Positions 1-11,779 of a stretch of DNA of 64,000 nucleotides are shown here, one piece after another. Within the stretch, counting starts at the first letter, position 1. Each line of letters starts with the position of its first letter. The DNA is from an uncultured Thermofilaceae archaeon (GTDB lineage: Archaea; Thermoproteota; Thermoprotei; Thermofilales; B69-G16). Under the pieces are notes generated by a model. That model saw only the letters and a program-made list of their open reading frames with translations, had not been told where the DNA came from and made no database searches. The DNA lies in assembly GCA_964501905.1 (NCBI GenBank), contig CAZCTW010000006.1, positions 4,311 through 68,310 on the forward strand, given 5' to 3'. The position numbers and the translations under genes are program-made.

Positions 1-15
1 TGGAGAAGATTAAGC

Positions 16-396
16 ATGGCTAGCGAAGGCATTAAGGTTTCGTTCAAAGTTTGGTTAGAGTATGGAGGCGAGCCTCTCATAGGGTTGGGAGGAGCCAGAT
101 TGCTCAGGCTTGTTGACGATACTGGTTCTATAAGTAAAGCGGCGGAGATTATGGGAGTTTCTTACAAGTTCGCGTGGAGTTACATTAAATCGGTTGAGAA
201 GAAACTAGGAGTAAAAATAGTTGAGACTCACCGAGGCGGAAGAGGAGGGGGTTACGCGAAGTTAACCGAGGACGGGAGAAAGTTAATCCTCTTTTACGAG
301 AAACTTTTCAAGGAATTCCGAGATCTAGCTCTCATCTTTGAGGAGGAGGGGAGGGGACTCCTCAAAAACACGATCTCTAGTAGCGAGGAACGGTAG
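16..396 (+). CDS. ModE N-terminal-domain-like (LysR-type HTH) transcriptional regulator, no Mop domains
   Basis: ATG-started 126-aa ORF. GGARLLRLVDDTGSISKAAEIMGVSYKFAWSYIK matches the ModE-type N-terminal HTH. The protein ends without molybdate-binding Mop repeats. Confidence 0.8.
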   Translation: MASEGIKVSFKVWLEYGGEPLIGLGGARLLRLVDDTGSISKAAEIMGVSYKFAWSYIKSVEKKLGVKIVETHRGGRGGGYAKLTEDGRKLILFYEKLFKEFRDLALIFEEEGRGLLKNTISSSEER

Positions 397-411
397 GCTT
401 AGCCACGTACT

Positions 412-1482
412 CTAAAAGAAAAAGGATATCCCCCTCTTGGGAATGTAATTCCCTGTTATTGGTATCTCCTTACCGCAATGCCTGCACTTTCCGTCCTCGG
501 TTATGTTATACTTGAGAATAGAGTAACCGTATCTTTTTATCAGTAGTTCACCACACTCGGGACAGTAAGTATTTTCGTAGGGATGACCCGGTACATTTCC
601 TAGGTATGGAAACAGTATACCCTCTTTTCTAGCTTTCTCATAGGCATACTCTAAGATCTCAAGCTTGGTCGGCGGCTTTCTGTATTTATAAGCAGGGTAA
701 TACTTGGTGAAGTGTATAGGCGTTTCCGGCCCTAACCTCTTTAAATGTTCTTCTATAATCCAGTCTATTGTATCCTTGCTGTCGCTTACTCCCGTCACTA
801 ACAGGCAAACTATCTCTACGTGAACCCCCCGTTTTAAAGCATACTCGGCATTCCGCCAAGGGATTCCCCCGTTCGCGTTTAAAAATCTCCTATAAGCTTC
901 ATGGTCTCCTTTAATGTCTATTTTTAAACCGTCTAGTCCTGCTTTTATCAAAAGCTCTAAAGCCTCCAACGTCATGTATCCATTGGAGACATAGGTGTTG
1001 TATAAGCCCTTATCCTTGGCTAGAGGGAACAACTCCAAGGAGTACTCAAAGAGCATGAGAGGTTCGTTAAAGCTTACGCAAGTCCCCTCGTCTCCGTGTT
1101 TTAGAGCTTTCGAAATCACCTGCTCCGGCGGAGTATAGCTAGCGCGCTCGGGGTTGGGGGCAACTTTCGATATATGCCAGTTTTGGCACCAAGGGCAGGG
1201 GAAATTGCAGGACCAAGTAGAGATCGTCATAGCCGTCGAGCCAGGCCAGAAATGGAAAAATGGCTTTATCTCTATAGGCCTGCTCTCCATAGCGCTTAAA
1301 TCTCCATAGGTTAGCGTGTACAGTTCCCCGCCGATATTTACCCTAGTCTTGCAGTATCCTCTGTCGCCTGGAGATAGAACACAACACCTCTCGCACACTT
1401 TACACCTTACCCTATCCGATCTAAGCTTCTCGTACAGGGGCGATTTCCTAACCGTGGGCTTGCCCAAGGGCTCAGCCGACAT
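412..1482 (-). CDS. AmmeMemoRadiSam-system radical SAM enzyme (PflA-like activase family)
   Basis: 356 aa. Radical-SAM CxxxCxxC motif CNFPCPWCQNW, an N-terminal Cys cluster (CKVCERCC...YCKTR) and a C-terminal CPECG...CRHCG ribbon. Confidence 0.85.
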   Translation of the reverse strand: MSAEPLGKPTVRKSPLYEKLRSDRVRCKVCERCCVLSPGDRGYCKTRVNIGGELYTLTYGDLSAMESRPIEIKPFFHFWPGSTAMTISTWSCNFPCPWCQNWHISKVAPNPERASYTPPEQVISKALKHGDEGTCVSFNEPLMLFEYSLELFPLAKDKGLYNTYVSNGYMTLEALELLIKAGLDGLKIDIKGDHEAYRRFLNANGGIPWRNAEYALKRGVHVEIVCLLVTGVSDSKDTIDWIIEEHLKRLGPETPIHFTKYYPAYKYRKPPTKLEILEYAYEKARKEGILFPYLGNVPGHPYENTYCPECGELLIKRYGYSILKYNITEDGKCRHCGKEIPITGNYIPKRGISFFF

Positions 1483-1838
1483 AGAGTATCAACTTATATG
1501 CGGCTCCATAAGGCCGGAATTCGTCACCGCTCAGTCGGTAGCCAAATTTATCATCGCCTAGTTAATATAGAGTCTCCGGAGATTTTAACTTAACTTCAAG
1601 CAGTTTAGCTAATTGTCACTTTTAAAGGCTTTTCTTCATTATTTCTGCGGGTGGCGCCCGTGCTCGAAGAGTATCCCGTTTTAGTTAAATCTGAAAGCGA
1701 AAAAAGGCTTTTTGTCATGGTCTCTGGCGAGTTTCTTGAAATCTCGGTTTTTCTAGCTGAGTTGTGGAAGGAAAATAGCGGCTTCGCTCTATTTTTCGAT
1801 AAAAGCGCTGGCGTAGTCCGAGTGCTAACCCCGGCGAC

Positions 1839-3823
<1,985 letters not shown>

Positions 3824-3860
3824 AATTAAATGAATTATAGCTATGAAGCTACTTTAAAGC

Positions 3861-5438
3861 TTATCGGAGTTCTATCAGCTTTAGCAGCTGGGGGGTTATT
3901 AAGACCTCGACGAGCGCCGCTATTAGGAAGAAAGGCGCTAATCCTACGAGCAGGTAGACAGTTTCTCTTAAGACTTTGCCCGCTTCCTCTCTCCTAGCTA
4001 GCATGTAATAGCCCAATTTTAAGCCTGAGGATGCTGCTATCAAGAAACTCGGCAACTCGATTACTCCGTGAGGCAATACTCCTACGATAAATGTTGTGGG
4101 TGAGATTAAGCCGTAGGCTAAGCCGAGGATTATGCCGTTGAAAAGGCAGTTCGCGGCAGGTAGTACGAAAGTTAAAATGCCAGATAAAGAAGTTAGTATC
4201 GAAACTTGCCAATTATGGGCGAAAACATTACCTGATAAACTGGCTGAGGGAAGCGCTTGGGCGGTTAAGCCTATCTTTTCTGGCGTTAAGAATAAACTGA
4301 AAAACTCGCCTAGAGGCCCTCTGCTATACTCTAAGCCTAGCAGGAAACCTAGGAAGTAAAGGAACGCCGAGGAGGCTATGTAAGGCATGTTTCTGAGGGA
4401 AATGAACTTCTTTAAAGTTGCAAGTCCTTTGTTAAACACCTTTAGGAATGTCTCTGTAAAACTAAAGATTGGCTTAAGGGTAGGAGTTATACTGTAGCCT
4501 ACGGATTGAAGGTAGACTCCGAACAACATAACATCTAGAATTGGAGAAAGAACCGCTATTACGACAAGTTGCATAACCCCTGATACCTCAACGGAAAAGA
4601 GCTGAAACAGCAAGGTTATTAAGACGGCTATTAACACCAAGAGGAATTGAAGAATTATATAGGTCATTACGCTGACAAAGTTTTTCGCAACTAAAATCGC
4701 GCTTTTCGCAATAGCAGCTACTAAACTTAAGTTTTCCACGACTATTATTTGAAATACAAATGTGAAGAGGAATTCAAAGATTAGAGCTATCAACACTAGT
4801 AGGAGGAAAGATGCTATTAGCATCAGAGTAACAGCTATATTTTTAGCGTTAAAGAAAACTTCGGGAACGAAGCCTTCAGCTAAACCCATTTGTATGATTT
4901 CCAGAAATCTATCTAACACTAAGATAAGTATTAGTGTGGGTAAGCCTACGGCTATACTCTCGACTACTAGAGCAGCGGTAAACAGTTTTTTAAAGTAAGA
5001 TAGTGATCCTTTAAAATGCTCGAAAAGGCTTGTCTTTTCCCCTCTTAGCAGTTTGAAAGCGTAAGGGTATAGGAGCATCGAGTAGAGAGCTCTGCTCAGA
5101 ACTCTAGTGACAAAGAGCACTACTACATAGGATTTTAAGAAGAAAGACACATAGCTTAGGAATTCCGGGATTAAGCTCGCTGCATTACCGCCTTTTATCA
5201 ACCCTTTTAACACTTCAAAATCAAGGAAATTCTCCACCATGTAGAAAAAAGTTAGAATAGCCGCTGTACTCTGCACCACATACACACTAAAAGCGACCAA
5301 TGGAGGAACGCTCAATGCTGGATTATTCCTAAAAAGAGCTCCCGCTATAGATAATAGCTCAAAGATTCCTCTCCTCGACTCGCCCTCTAGGCTAGGATAC
5401 TCTGAGGTTTTCATGAAACCCCTCTTAAAAGCGCCCAC
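3861..5438 (-). CDS. Polytopic membrane protein with C-terminal SpoIIM/DUF95-like domain
   Basis: 525 aa with many hydrophobic segments. The C-terminal region (LPHGVIELPSFLIAASSGLKLGYYM) resembles the stage II sporulation protein M family. The start could be Met9. Confidence 0.7.
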   Translation of the reverse strand: MGAFKRGFMKTSEYPSLEGESRRGIFELLSIAGALFRNNPALSVPPLVAFSVYVVQSTAAILTFFYMVENFLDFEVLKGLIKGGNAASLIPEFLSYVSFFLKSYVVVLFVTRVLSRALYSMLLYPYAFKLLRGEKTSLFEHFKGSLSYFKKLFTAALVVESIAVGLPTLILILVLDRFLEIIQMGLAEGFVPEVFFNAKNIAVTLMLIASFLLLVLIALIFEFLFTFVFQIIVVENLSLVAAIAKSAILVAKNFVSVMTYIILQFLLVLIAVLITLLFQLFSVEVSGVMQLVVIAVLSPILDVMLFGVYLQSVGYSITPTLKPIFSFTETFLKVFNKGLATLKKFISLRNMPYIASSAFLYFLGFLLGLEYSRGPLGEFFSLFLTPEKIGLTAQALPSASLSGNVFAHNWQVSILTSLSGILTFVLPAANCLFNGIILGLAYGLISPTTFIVGVLPHGVIELPSFLIAASSGLKLGYYMLARREEAGKVLRETVYLLVGLAPFFLIAALVEVLITPQLLKLIELR

Positions 5439-5474
5439 CAGACTGGTGGGCGCTTTACCATCATCTATAATAAT

Positions 5475-6767
5475 TCATCTATAGAAATATTTTGCCAGTT
5501 CCCACTCTGTAATTTTTAAAGTATCTATGTTTAATCCGTTGCTATTGATATATTCTTCATAGTCTCTCCACTCTTTTAATTTAAGTCTCAGATATTTCTC
5601 TTTGATCTTGCCGTCCATCAAATCGGAGGCTTTAGACAGTTCTATAGCTTCGTAGAGAGATTTAGGCAGAACATTCAACTTGTCCGCGTATTCCTTCTTG
5701 TAGGCGTTATCGTTGAAATTTTCACCTGGCTCCACTTTTTCCTCTATACCCTTTAAACCAGCCCTTAGGATAGCAGCGAAGGTAAGGTAAAGATTTCCGG
5801 AGGAATCCGGTGCCCTATACTCTATCCTAGAATTTTCCGGGTTGAATTTCCTATAAGTCGGCACTCTTATTAAAGCGGACCTGTTACCCCAGTCCCAGAC
5901 TAGGTATACGGGGGCTTCAAACCCGGGCACCAACCTCTTATAAGAGTTTACAGTGGAGTTAGTGTACACGCAGATAAAAGGAGCGTACTTCAGTAACCCC
6001 CCTATAAAGTGTAAGGCTTCCTCGCTTAAACCGTCATCGTAGAATACGTTCTCTCCATCTCTCCATAAGCTTAAGTGTACATGCATTCCGTTTCCTGCTA
6101 ATCCCTCGAAGGGTTTAGGCATGAAAGTTACCTTATAGCCGCGTACATTAAAGAACGTTTTAAGGAACTTCTTATAAAACACCACTAGATCTGCCATTTC
6201 GAGGGGAGTCTTAGCCGGGAAGGTTATCTCGTGTTGTCCCGGCCCTACTTCGTGGTGCATTACCTCTACCTCTATGCCTATTTTAGCTAGTTCGATTAAG
6301 AGCTCCCTTTTCAAAAGCTCTAGAGTATCCTCCGGGTGTGAAGCCATGTAAAAACCGCTGTCCTTCCTCTCTCCCTCGCCTAGAACATAGAACTCTACTT
6401 CAGGTCCCACTAGAGCCTTATAAGGGACTTTTGACTCCATTTTCCTCAACATATAGCGCGGGTATATTTCGAGAGGTTTTCCATCTTTATACAAGTCACA
6501 GTGAAAGAAAGCAATTTTTACTCCGCCTACCTCATACACGTAAAAGGATGAAGGGTCGGGTTTAGCTACTAAGTCGGAATCTTCAATACTGAGGTAGCCG
6601 ACAGAGTACCCATCGAATCCATACCCCTCTTCTAGAACTTTCTCGAATTTTTGTATGGGAAAGGTTCTAGATCTTAGATTCCCGTGAAAATCTAAAAAAC
6701 CAACCTCAACAAATTTTACTCCTTTTTCTTCTAGCTCTTTGATTTCAAACTGCTTAATATCCATCAT
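5475..6767 (-). CDS. glnA: Glutamine synthetase (type I)
   Basis: 430 aa. N-terminal beta-grasp (KFVEVGFLDFHGNLRS) and catalytic-domain motifs (GNGMHVHLSLW, NSYKRLVPGFEAP, IRVP...RIEYRAPD). Confidence 0.95.
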   Translation of the reverse strand: MMDIKQFEIKELEEKGVKFVEVGFLDFHGNLRSRTFPIQKFEKVLEEGYGFDGYSVGYLSIEDSDLVAKPDPSSFYVYEVGGVKIAFFHCDLYKDGKPLEIYPRYMLRKMESKVPYKALVGPEVEFYVLGEGERKDSGFYMASHPEDTLELLKRELLIELAKIGIEVEVMHHEVGPGQHEITFPAKTPLEMADLVVFYKKFLKTFFNVRGYKVTFMPKPFEGLAGNGMHVHLSLWRDGENVFYDDGLSEEALHFIGGLLKYAPFICVYTNSTVNSYKRLVPGFEAPVYLVWDWGNRSALIRVPTYRKFNPENSRIEYRAPDSSGNLYLTFAAILRAGLKGIEEKVEPGENFNDNAYKKEYADKLNVLPKSLYEAIELSKASDLMDGKIKEKYLRLKLKEWRDYEEYINSNGLNIDTLKITEWELAKYFYR

Positions 6768-6934
6768 GAAGACAATGTTTTAAAAATACAAATATAAATT
6801 TTTTCCAGATTTAATAGAGCAAATGTGAAATTATATATTTAAATTATGAACAAACGTAAGAATCCACCCCCTCCGAGTTATTCTCAGGGTTAGAATCAAA
6901 AATATATACCGTAAACGCCGTACCTAAGTTAGGT

Positions 6935-7315
6935 ATGAAAAAAGTTCTACGCGGAGAAGAGAGGTATACCTTTTTTAAGGAAATATATGAAAAGTATGGA
7001 AAACCGATAGATTTCAAATTTAAGCGGAAAAAGCGGCTTTATCTCTTCAAGGATGGAACTGTAATATCGATTACAGATGGGAATGGGGAGTATCTAGTTG
7101 AAGTATTCAAACCTAGCTTCTGGTTTAAAGGGCAGTTTACGAAAATCGCAGTTGTTTATTCCGCCGCTACTATTTTCGTAGCAATAGTTGCGGCGTTAAT
7201 ACACGTTATAAGCGGGGCGGGACCTTTAGTTTTAAGTACGGGGTTGATTTTATTGTCGTGTTTCACTCTAATTGAGTTGGCAAACGCCATTAAAAAATAC
7301 AAGCCTATGCTATAA
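6935..7315 (+). CDS. Hypothetical small membrane protein
   Basis: 126-aa ATG ORF with a soluble N-terminal half and two C-terminal hydrophobic helices. No recognisable family. Confidence 0.55.
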   Translation: MKKVLRGEERYTFFKEIYEKYGKPIDFKFKRKKRLYLFKDGTVISITDGNGEYLVEVFKPSFWFKGQFTKIAVVYSAATIFVAIVAALIHVISGAGPLVLSTGLILLSCFTLIELANAIKKYKPML

Positions 7316-7615
7316 CAGCTCGTAAACCAGCTCACCCTTTTCCTCGTCGAAAAAGGCTTTTATCAAGTTTTGGTTTTGAAGAAGCCTTACACTTTTGTAT
7401 AGTTCAGCTGGAGATATACTTTGTTTTTTAGCCCATTTATAGAGAGAAGACTTGGCTACTCTCCCTGATTTCCTTATAAAGGATAAAATTTTATCCTCGA
7501 GACCTGTAACCTTGACTTCTTCTCTCTGAGGTTTTTCCTCCGGCTCGGGTTTCTCCTCTTCAAAAAAGGATAAAAGATCCTTTGAACTTTCCTCCTTTTT
7601 CCTTTTCCGGGACAT
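7310..7615 (-). CDS. Hypothetical protein with charged N-terminal tail and wHTH-like C-terminal half
   Basis: 101 aa with a K/E-rich tail. The segment LEDKILSFIRKSGRVAKSSLYKWAKKQSISPAELYKSVRLLQNQNLI resembles a winged helix. Confidence 0.55.
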   Translation of the reverse strand: MSRKRKKEESSKDLLSFFEEEKPEPEEKPQREEVKVTGLEDKILSFIRKSGRVAKSSLYKWAKKQSISPAELYKSVRLLQNQNLIKAFFDEEKGELVYELL

Positions 7616-7994
7616 TACCTCCCCGAGACTATATGGATGATTGTGTACTTTAATATGTTCTGTTGGCTAATGCATGCTTTTTTCTTCTTTCTATTGCCAT
7701 GGAAGATAACTATGAAAATACATAGCGGAAGCCGATAGAATCGCTGCTAAGCATTCCACATAAATATTTTACCTTTTTATCCAGTAGAGAGTACAATGTG
7801 AATATTGTCAGTAATGGATTTATGATGGGGTTCACGTCTTCTATTGGTTTAACGTGGATTTTGAAAATTTATTGCGGCTCATTACTACATCAGAGTTATT
7901 TTTATTCTGGCCTGCATGTCTCTTTGTTTTAATCAAAACGATATTATTCCGTGATAGCTGAATAGGTCGATGTTATTTCTGCCTTTTTCTATTT

Positions 7995-8458
7995 TCACCG
8001 GTCTCTGTCGGCTTCAGATGCGACTGAAAGAGCTATGTCGTTTACCGGATCGTAGATTATTTCCGAGATTTCTCCGGTCCACTGGGATTCGTGAGCCATA
8101 GTTTCCTTCCACAAAAGTCTTACCTCGTCCTCTCTTATATCGTAGCGGTGGACGTGGCTGTATTTATTGTAGAGGAGGATTCTACGTTTTTCTTTATCAT
8201 AGACCGCGGGGGCGTGAACCCAACCCCCGAAGAATATATAATCATCACGGCCTCCACGGCATTATAGGTGTCTCCTCCGGATGTAGGCTCTGGTCCTACT
8301 AGGCCGAATTTATAAATATCATCTTCACCGTTTTTTAGAAAATAGGCCTCAGCTTCAAATGCTAAGTTGAAATACAGGACTCCGCGGTGATAACGGAGCC
8401 CAAAAATCCCACCAGAACCCCATTCTGGTCCATACCTAGGCGAGAACCTGTAGAGTTT
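7995..8458 (-). pseudogene. Decayed gene remnant (no start codon, one frameshift), family not identified
   Basis: Two protein-like minus-strand reading frames join only through a frameshift. One reads ...YGPEWGSGGIFGLRYHRGVLYFNLAFEAEAYFLKNGEDDIYKFGLVGPEPTSGGDTYNA. The other reads RGGRDDYIFFGGWVHAPAVYDKEKRRILLYNKYSHVHRYDIREDEVRLLWKETMAHESQWTGEISEIIYDPVNDIALSV. The shift lies between 8138 and 8261. An in-frame stop at 8459-8461 cuts off the N-terminus. Confidence 0.5.
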
Positions 8459-8542
8459 CTATAGCAATAAAACGCACCTCTACGTATTAAAAGCAGGGGT
8501 AGTTAAAATAGTATTGTTATTGTTATATTATTGGGGTAAAGC

Positions 8543-9913
8543 TTGGAGGCTCGCTACGTCTGCGAAAACTGTGGATGGAGTAGAGAAGTAGCCGAAGCTC
8601 TTCACGTCTGCTGTCCTAAATGTGGCGGGACCGTAAATATAGAGTACAGACTAGATTCCATAAAGCCTTTGAGGTTTGACGATAGCGTTGCGGGAATATG
8701 GAGGTATTCCGGTTTATTGCCGGAGTTCTCTGAGAAGCCTACTCTAGGAGAGGGGGGTACGTTCTTAAGCAATGCTAAGAGACTTAGACAAGTTTTCAAA
8801 CTGAATAACCTCTATATTAAAGATGAAAGGAGAAACCCAACCGGAGCTTTTACTGATAGAGGAGCCGCCATAGTAGTCGCCGCCGCCTTATATTATGGCT
8901 ACAAGGAAATATGGTCTCGAGTTGGGGGTAATATAGCGGCTTCTCTTTCGGCTTACGCCGCTGCCTTCGACTTGAAGCTCTTTGTGGATTTTAGAGAATA
9001 CCCCCAACTGGGTAAGCTCTATCAGATAATATTCTTTGGGGGCGAAATAGTCGACCGCGAAAAGCCCGGACAAACAGTCTATAGCGTCACTCCACAAGAC
9101 CCATTCCTCGTCGAAGGCTACAAGACTATAGCTCTCGAGCTCTTCGAAGATTTAGGAAATATCGACGCCTTAATCGTGCCTATGGGCCACGGAGCTTTAG
9201 CGTTTTCTATGTGGAAAGGATTTAAAGAACTTAAAGAAGCCGGCTTTCTAGACGATATACCCCAGATTATCGGGGTGCAGTCTTCAAACTGCCAACCTAT
9301 AGTTGAGGCATTTAGGAAAAGTTTAGACAAGCCCGTTGAGGGCAGGGAGTGCTTTACGATTGCCAGCGAACTGCTGGTGAGGCGTCCTCTGCGGGGGCGG
9401 GACGCCATCAAGGCGTTGAGGGAAACGAGAGGTTACGCTATAGCGGTGAGCGATAGTGAGATAATCGAGGGATTGAAAATGTTGGCCAAGTACGAGGGTT
9501 TACTCGTCGAGACGGCTTCAGCGGCGGCTGTCGCCGCTCTAAAGCGACTAGTGGAGGAGAAGTTCGTCGAAAAAGATGATGTTGTGGTAGTTTTAGCTAC
9601 GGGTGCTGGACTTAAACACCCTCAAACTCTCTTGAGGATTCTCGAAGTGAAGGATTTGAGCGAGACTCCGCGGATAGGCAGGACCGGCTTGACTATACTG
9701 GAGTTCTTAGCTAAAGATGAAATGCACGGGTACGCTATATGGAAGAGACTGGCCCAGGAGAAAAACGTCTCTAAACCTACGGTTTATTACCATTTGAAGA
9801 GATTGGAGGAACTGGGATTAATTAAGAAGCTGTCCTATCCGGATAAGAAAATTTTCACTATTACAGATAGAGGAGTGAAAGTTTTAAGAAAATTGAAATT
9901 CCGCTATTATTAA
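8543..9913 (+). CDS. Threonine-synthase-like fold-type II PLP-family protein lacking the Schiff-base lysine, with N-terminal Zn-ribbon and C-terminal PadR-type wHTH
   Basis: 456 aa with a TTG start. ThrC-type N-terminus (CENCG...CPKCGG, WRYSGLLP, LGEGGT). The canonical NPTGSFKDRG motif reads NPTGAFTDRG, with Thr104 (codon ACT, 8852-8854) in place of the lysine. The C-terminal ~80 aa (LTILEFLAKDEMHGYAIWKRL...VYYHLKRLEELGLIKK) look like a PadR/ArsR winged helix. Confidence 0.9.
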   Translation: MEARYVCENCGWSREVAEALHVCCPKCGGTVNIEYRLDSIKPLRFDDSVAGIWRYSGLLPEFSEKPTLGEGGTFLSNAKRLRQVFKLNNLYIKDERRNPTGAFTDRGAAIVVAAALYYGYKEIWSRVGGNIAASLSAYAAAFDLKLFVDFREYPQLGKLYQIIFFGGEIVDREKPGQTVYSVTPQDPFLVEGYKTIALELFEDLGNIDALIVPMGHGALAFSMWKGFKELKEAGFLDDIPQIIGVQSSNCQPIVEAFRKSLDKPVEGRECFTIASELLVRRPLRGRDAIKALRETRGYAIAVSDSEIIEGLKMLAKYEGLLVETASAAAVAALKRLVEEKFVEKDDVVVVLATGAGLKHPQTLLRILEVKDLSETPRIGRTGLTILEFLAKDEMHGYAIWKRLAQEKNVSKPTVYYHLKRLEELGLIKKLSYPDKKIFTITDRGVKVLRKLKFRYY

Positions 9914-10078
9914 GATTTTAATACTAATTTATTTTGTACATCGGTGTATTTTATTAGGGCGTTAAATGGTTGAAGATGAGATAGCCGTAGTTAAATCTCC
10001 TACAACAGCGTATAAACTTCTAATAGCTACACCGACTTACTCTACCTTTCCTATTTTTAACTGGTAGTCGCTCATCGG

Positions 10079-10810
10079 GTGAGCATGATGCCGAGACTAG
10101 GCTCGAAGATTATCTCTATAGCGGCGGTTTTTACAGCGTTGGTGGCTTTGACGACCGCTGTTTTTCAGATATATATTCCGGAAACTAAGGGGTATTTTAA
10201 CATGGGCGAGATCGTGACGTACACCACGGCATTACTCTTTGGACCCATAGTGAGTTGTATAGCTGGTGGATTAGGCTCGGCTCTAGCTGATGTAATGGCA
10301 GGCTATTACATATATGCTTCCGCAACGCTGGTAATTAAAGGAGTTGAGAGTTTCGTAGTAGGATACTTATCTAGAAAACTCCCAAAGCTTAAGGGTAAAG
10401 CGTTAGGGTCGCTTACAGTTTTCTCGTTGCTCGCTATATTCACCGGGTTATGGATATACTTGTATAGCGGAACGTTCACGTTTACACTTGCTTTAGGACA
10501 GTACGAGATATTTACGCTAACCACGTTGAGCATAGTCGTATACATGCTGGCGGTTATGTTTTTCGTGGTAGCCGCGGTGGTGCTCTATAGATTAGGCGAG
10601 TTAGCGACGCTCGTTGTTTCAACACTTACTGGAGGAGCTGTTATGGTGACGGGATATTACCTCTATGAAAGCTTAGTTTTGAACGTGGTTGCGCTGGCGG
10701 AAATACCGTTTAATATAGGCCAAGCTATTATAGGCGCTATTGGAGCAATACCGCTGTACACTACGTTAAAAAACACGCTTAAACAATACCAAGGTGTCGT
10801 TCTTGATTGA
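10079..10810 (+). CDS. Membrane protein resembling an ECF-transporter S (substrate-capture) component
   Basis: 243 aa with about 6 TM helices and small-residue-rich helices (GPIVSCIAGGLGSALADVMAGY). It overlaps the next gene by 17 nt. Confidence 0.7.
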   Translation: MSMMPRLGSKIISIAAVFTALVALTTAVFQIYIPETKGYFNMGEIVTYTTALLFGPIVSCIAGGLGSALADVMAGYYIYASATLVIKGVESFVVGYLSRKLPKLKGKALGSLTVFSLLAIFTGLWIYLYSGTFTFTLALGQYEIFTLTTLSIVVYMLAVMFFVVAAVVLYRLGELATLVVSTLTGGAVMVTGYYLYESLVLNVVALAEIPFNIGQAIIGAIGAIPLYTTLKNTLKQYQGVVLD

Positions 10811-11779
10811 AGGAAAGCTACCTCCTGACTTATTGGAGAGGTATTTGAGCATTTTAAGAAAGCACGACCCCAGAGTTATTGTGGGAGCTCAAATAGGCGA
10901 GGATGCCGCGCTAATAGATATGGGCGATAGACTGCTCGTCGTACACTCTGATCCTATCACCGGGGCGATAACGAGGATAGGTTGGTACGTGGTCCACATA
11001 GTCGCCAATGATGTAGCGACGAGAGGAGCTAAGCCGAGGTGGTTTTTGCCCGTTGTAATGCTTCCATTGGATTGGGAAGATAGGGCAGGGGAAGTTTTTA
11101 GGGATATGAGAGAGGCGATAGACGAGATAGGAGCGTATATTGTAGGTGGGCATACCGAGTTTACGCCTGGTTTAAATAGACCTATAATATCGATGACCGC
11201 CCTAGGAGAAGTAGAGAAAACAAAATACGTTATGACGAAGAATTGTAGGCCAGGAGATGATATAATTTTAACTAAAGGTGTCGCCATAGAGGGGACTTCG
11301 ATTATAGCGAATGAGCTGTACGATTATTTAAAAGAGAATATTGATGAAGATATCCTTCAAAGGGCGAGAGCCCTCTCAAAACAGATAAGCGTGGTGAAAG
11401 AGGCTTTAATAGCTGTTAAAAGCGGAGAAGTTCACGCGATGCACGATCCTACTGAAGGGGCGTAGCAAATGGATTATTAGAGTTATCGCTTGCATCGGGG
11501 TACGGGTTTATAGCATATGAAGAGAATATGATAATTCTACCGGAGACGGAGGTTATTTTGAATATTGTAAAAGCCGATCCGTTAACGACAATCAGCTCCG
11601 GAAGTTTATTGATAGTATCGCCTCCTAGTTCAACAGAAAAAATATTAAGAAATTTGGAAAAGGCGGGAATAAAAGCCTCAAAAATAGGGGAAATCCTTGA
11701 GGATCCAGAGGAAAGGGTAATTGTCAGGAAGGACGGGAAGAAGATGAGGATATCAGGTTATATAAAGGAGAATTTATGA
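10794..11779 (+). pseudogene. AIR-synthase-related (PurM-fold, HypE/ThiL-like) protein interrupted by a 1-nt frameshift
   Basis: The N-terminal part (10794-11465) reads GEDAALIDMGD...HSDPITG...HDPTEGA*. The expected continuation G-VANGLLELSLASGYGF...SSGSLLIV is in another frame from 11459 to 11779. The switch sits in the G4 run at 11457-11460. Confidence 0.8.

Noticed and set aside
8071-8090. TCTCCGGTCCACTGGGATTC, which resembles an archaeal origin recognition box (ORB/mini-ORB, TCCA-N-TGGA core).
   Set aside because: There is only a single copy, it lies inside the decayed coding remnant, no inverted partner or duplex-unwinding arrangement is present, and no orc1/cdc6 gene is nearby.
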